Below, in pieces: positions 61,875-64,000 of a stretch of 64,000 bases of DNA. Origin of the DNA: Candidatus Bathyarchaeota archaeon (lineage in GTDB: Archaea > Thermoproteota > Bathyarchaeia > Bathyarchaeales > Bathycorpusculaceae); NCBI GenBank assembly GCA_963733095.1, contig CAVTBV010000009.1:1-64000 (forward strand). The letters are read 5' to 3'. Below the pieces are notes generated by a model, which searched no databases, was not told the DNA's origin, and was given only the letters and a program-made list of their open reading frames with translations. A program made the position numbers and the translations under genes. How positions within the stretch are numbered: position 1 is the first letter of the stretch; every line of letters begins with the position of its first letter.

Positions 61875-62618
61875 GTGGATACACAACCTCTTAAGCTATC
61901 TCAAAAAGAACGAGCACTATTCATCGTTTGCCTAATATTTTTCTTGGGTTTTTTATTCCTCACACTTTTCAGAACGAGCATCCACTCGATTGACTCTTCA
62001 GTTAACCTTTGGATACCTTCAATCCAGTCAGGAGCATTGACGTTTTTGGCTCAGGGAGTGGCTTTAATCTTTGACACAACCAGCCTCGTCTTACTCTCCT
62101 TAGTAGTCTCCGGTTTTCTCTACTTGAAGCATTACAAGCCACAGGGTCTCTTGCTTTTGGGTGCGATGGGAGGTGATGCCTTGCTTGTTTCTGTTCTCAA
62201 AAACCTTGAGCATGTTGCTCGACCGGCCAATAAGCTGTTTTTTGATGCGGGTTTTTCTTATCCGAGTGGTCATAGTGCTGGTTGCGTTGTTTTTGGTGGG
62301 GTGCTTGCTTATTTTGCTTGGCGGCACTGGCAAAGTACGCGTTCTCGGGCTTTGATTGGGGTGGGCTTAGGTGTGATGATTGGTGTCGTTGGTTTTGATA
62401 GGTTGTACTTGAATGTTCACTGGCTGAGTGATGTTGTGGGTGGATATTTGATGGGGGGATGTTGGTTTTTGTTTGTTGTTTTGGTGTTCGGGCGGTTGAG
62501 GTTGACTTGGGATTTTGAGTCTGCGAGGTTTGGTTTTGTTGCTAACTTGCTTTATGTGGGGGCTGTCTTTGTTTCGGTTTTTGTTGTTTTGTTGGGCTTA
62601 TTTGGTGTTGTTGCTTAA
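61875..62618 (+). CDS. PAP2-family phosphatase
   Basis: K..RP, SYPSGH, RLYLNVHWLSDV. Confidence 0.92.
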   Translation: MDTQPLKLSQKERALFIVCLIFFLGFLFLTLFRTSIHSIDSSVNLWIPSIQSGALTFLAQGVALIFDTTSLVLLSLVVSGFLYLKHYKPQGLLLLGAMGGDALLVSVLKNLEHVARPANKLFFDAGFSYPSGHSAGCVVFGGVLAYFAWRHWQSTRSRALIGVGLGVMIGVVGFDRLYLNVHWLSDVVGGYLMGGCWFLFVVLVFGRLRLTWDFESARFGFVANLLYVGAVFVSVFVVLLGLFGVVA

Positions 62619-62714
62619 TCTTTGATGTTAAAGATATATCTTTTTCAGACACATTTATATTTGTGTAAAAACCCATAAATAACCAATTGCAAAAGCGCGA
62701 GCGAGGGCAAACTA

Positions 62715-64000
62715 ATGAGCCAAGAAAAAACCAAAAAAATCACACTCAACATCGGCGGCATGAGCTGCATAAACTGCGCACACACAATCGAAAAAAAACT
62801 CTCCAAGCTAAACGGAGTGACCCAAGCAATCGTAAACCTAGCTGCTGAAAAAGCAATCATAGACTACAACCCCGACCTCGTAGACCAGAAAACCATCGAA
62901 GACGCCATCATTCAAGCAGGCTACAAAGTAATCCATGAAAAGGTAACCCTGCAAGTCGGTGGCATGAGTTGCGTTAACTGCGCCAAAACCATAGAAAAAG
63001 CGCTAAACAACCGGGAAGGCGTCTATACTGCCACCGTTATATTTGCTGCAGAAAAAGTCACCATTGAATACAACCCAGAACAGATAAGCGCGGCAGGCAT
63101 CAAAAAAATCATCCAAGACGTCGGATACACTGTAATTGAACAAGAAAAAACCCTTGAAGATACCGAAGGAAAAGAACGCAAACGCCACATTCAACGATTA
63201 GAAATTCTCTTAGCGGTCAGCATCACATTAACCATTCCAATACTGCTCCTGATGTGGCTATCCCCCTTGCCCATGGAGCAAAACAACATCTTGATGTTTT
63301 TGCTTGCAACCCCAGTGCAATTCGTCGTTGGATGGACCTTCTATGTGGGTGCTTATAAGGGCTTAAAAAACAAAAGCGCCAACATGGACACCTTAATCGC
63401 GATGGGCACATCCACAGCCTACATCTACAGTACAGTAGCCACTTTCGCCCCAACCGCCCTTCCCGGTGCATCAGTATTCTTCGATACTGCAACCATGATA
63501 ATGTCCTTTATCTTGCTGGGCAAACTCTTAGACGCCATCGCTAAAGGCAGAACCTCCGAAGCCATCCGCAAAATCATGGGTCTCCAAGCAAAAATCGCTC
63601 GCGTTATTCGAAACGGCGAAGAACTCGAAGTTCCAGTAGAAGAAGTTCAAGTCGGTGACATCATAGTAGTGCGTCCAGGGGAAAAAATCCCGGTTGACGG
63701 CATAGTAATCGATGGATACTCTGGTGTTGATGAGAAGGTAATCACTGGCGAGAGCATACCTGTTGAAAAGAAGGCAGGTGACCAAGTCGTCGGAGCGACC
63801 ATGAACAAGACCGGCATGCTCAAGTTTAAAGCGACAAAAATCGGCAAGGACACGGTTTTAGCCCAAATCATTAACCTTGTAGAAGATGCTCTTAGCTCGA
63901 AAGCGCCTGTTCAGAGATTAGCCGATGTCGCATCAGGCTACTTTGTCCCAGTCATTATATTAACCGCAACTCTCTCCGCATTAGCATGGTACTTCCTGGT
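62715..64000 (+). CDS. copA: Cu(I)-type P1B ATPase, 5' part (runs off the window)
   Basis: Two HMA domains (GMSCINC, GMSCVNC), [18 protein letters not shown]. Confidence 0.95.
   Translation, partial: MSQEKTKKITLNIGGMSCINCAHTIEKKLSKLNGVTQAIVNLAAEKAIIDYNPDLVDQKTIEDAIIQAGYKVIHEKVTLQVGGMSCVNCAKTIEKALNNREGVYTATVIFAAEKVTIEYNPEQISAAGIKKIIQDVGYTVIEQEKTLEDTEGKERKRHIQRLEILLAVSITLTIPILLLMWLSPLPMEQNNILMFLLATPVQFVVGWTFYVGAYKGLKNKSANMDTLIAMGTSTAYIYSTVATFAPTALPGASVFFDTATMIMSFILLGKLLDAIAKGRTSEAIRKIMGLQAKIARVIRNGEELEVPVEEVQVGDIIVVRPGEKIPVDGIVIDGYSGVDEKVITGESIPVEKKAGDQVVGATMNKTGMLKFKATKIGKDTVLAQIINLVEDALSSKAPVQRLADVASGYFVPVIILTATLSALAWYFL

Noticed and set aside
62645-63871. Short minus-strand ORFs
   Set aside because: Antisense shadows of copA.

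Overview
This is an archaeal window, most likely class Bathyarchaeia. That call is an inference from GGAGGTGA ribosome-binding sites, a ribophorin-I-like gene, PQQ-like beta-propeller surface proteins and an MRRSKLE-type wHTH. Bases 1-37288 form a tRNA-integrated genomic island: a tyrosine integrase at 91-1401 and a 15-bp att direct repeat at 1-15 and 37272-37286. No capsid, conjugation or replication genes are recognisable. The island carries (i) a compact three-gene ubiquitin-like conjugation operon (multi-ubiquitin-type Ubl ending in -TDKS, E2-like/ThiF-E1 fusion, DUF6527-like Cys/His protein); (ii) two paralogous modules of membrane-anchored HTH regulators plus secreted glutamic-peptidase-like and other exported proteins, each with its own variant of a TGTnCTA-N5-TAGnACA operator; (iii) two convergent IS6-like DDE transposases, an RmuC-like nuclease and two degenerate serine-resolvase domains; and (iv) two copies of a covarying putative small RNA, a 163-bp MITE and many pseudogenes. 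The right part (about 40.4-64 kb) is mostly host-like: a frameshifted PQQ-propeller gene and its pseudogene paralog, each followed by a conserved hairpin element; tandem Lrp regulators; a radical SAM enzyme; a KGG/DUF2795 stress cluster with a shared promoter motif; flavodoxin, ferritin-like protein, HtrA, a ribophorin-like protein, ferredoxin, parvulin, PAP2 and the 5' part of copA. All family calls come from reading motifs by eye; no searches were run.
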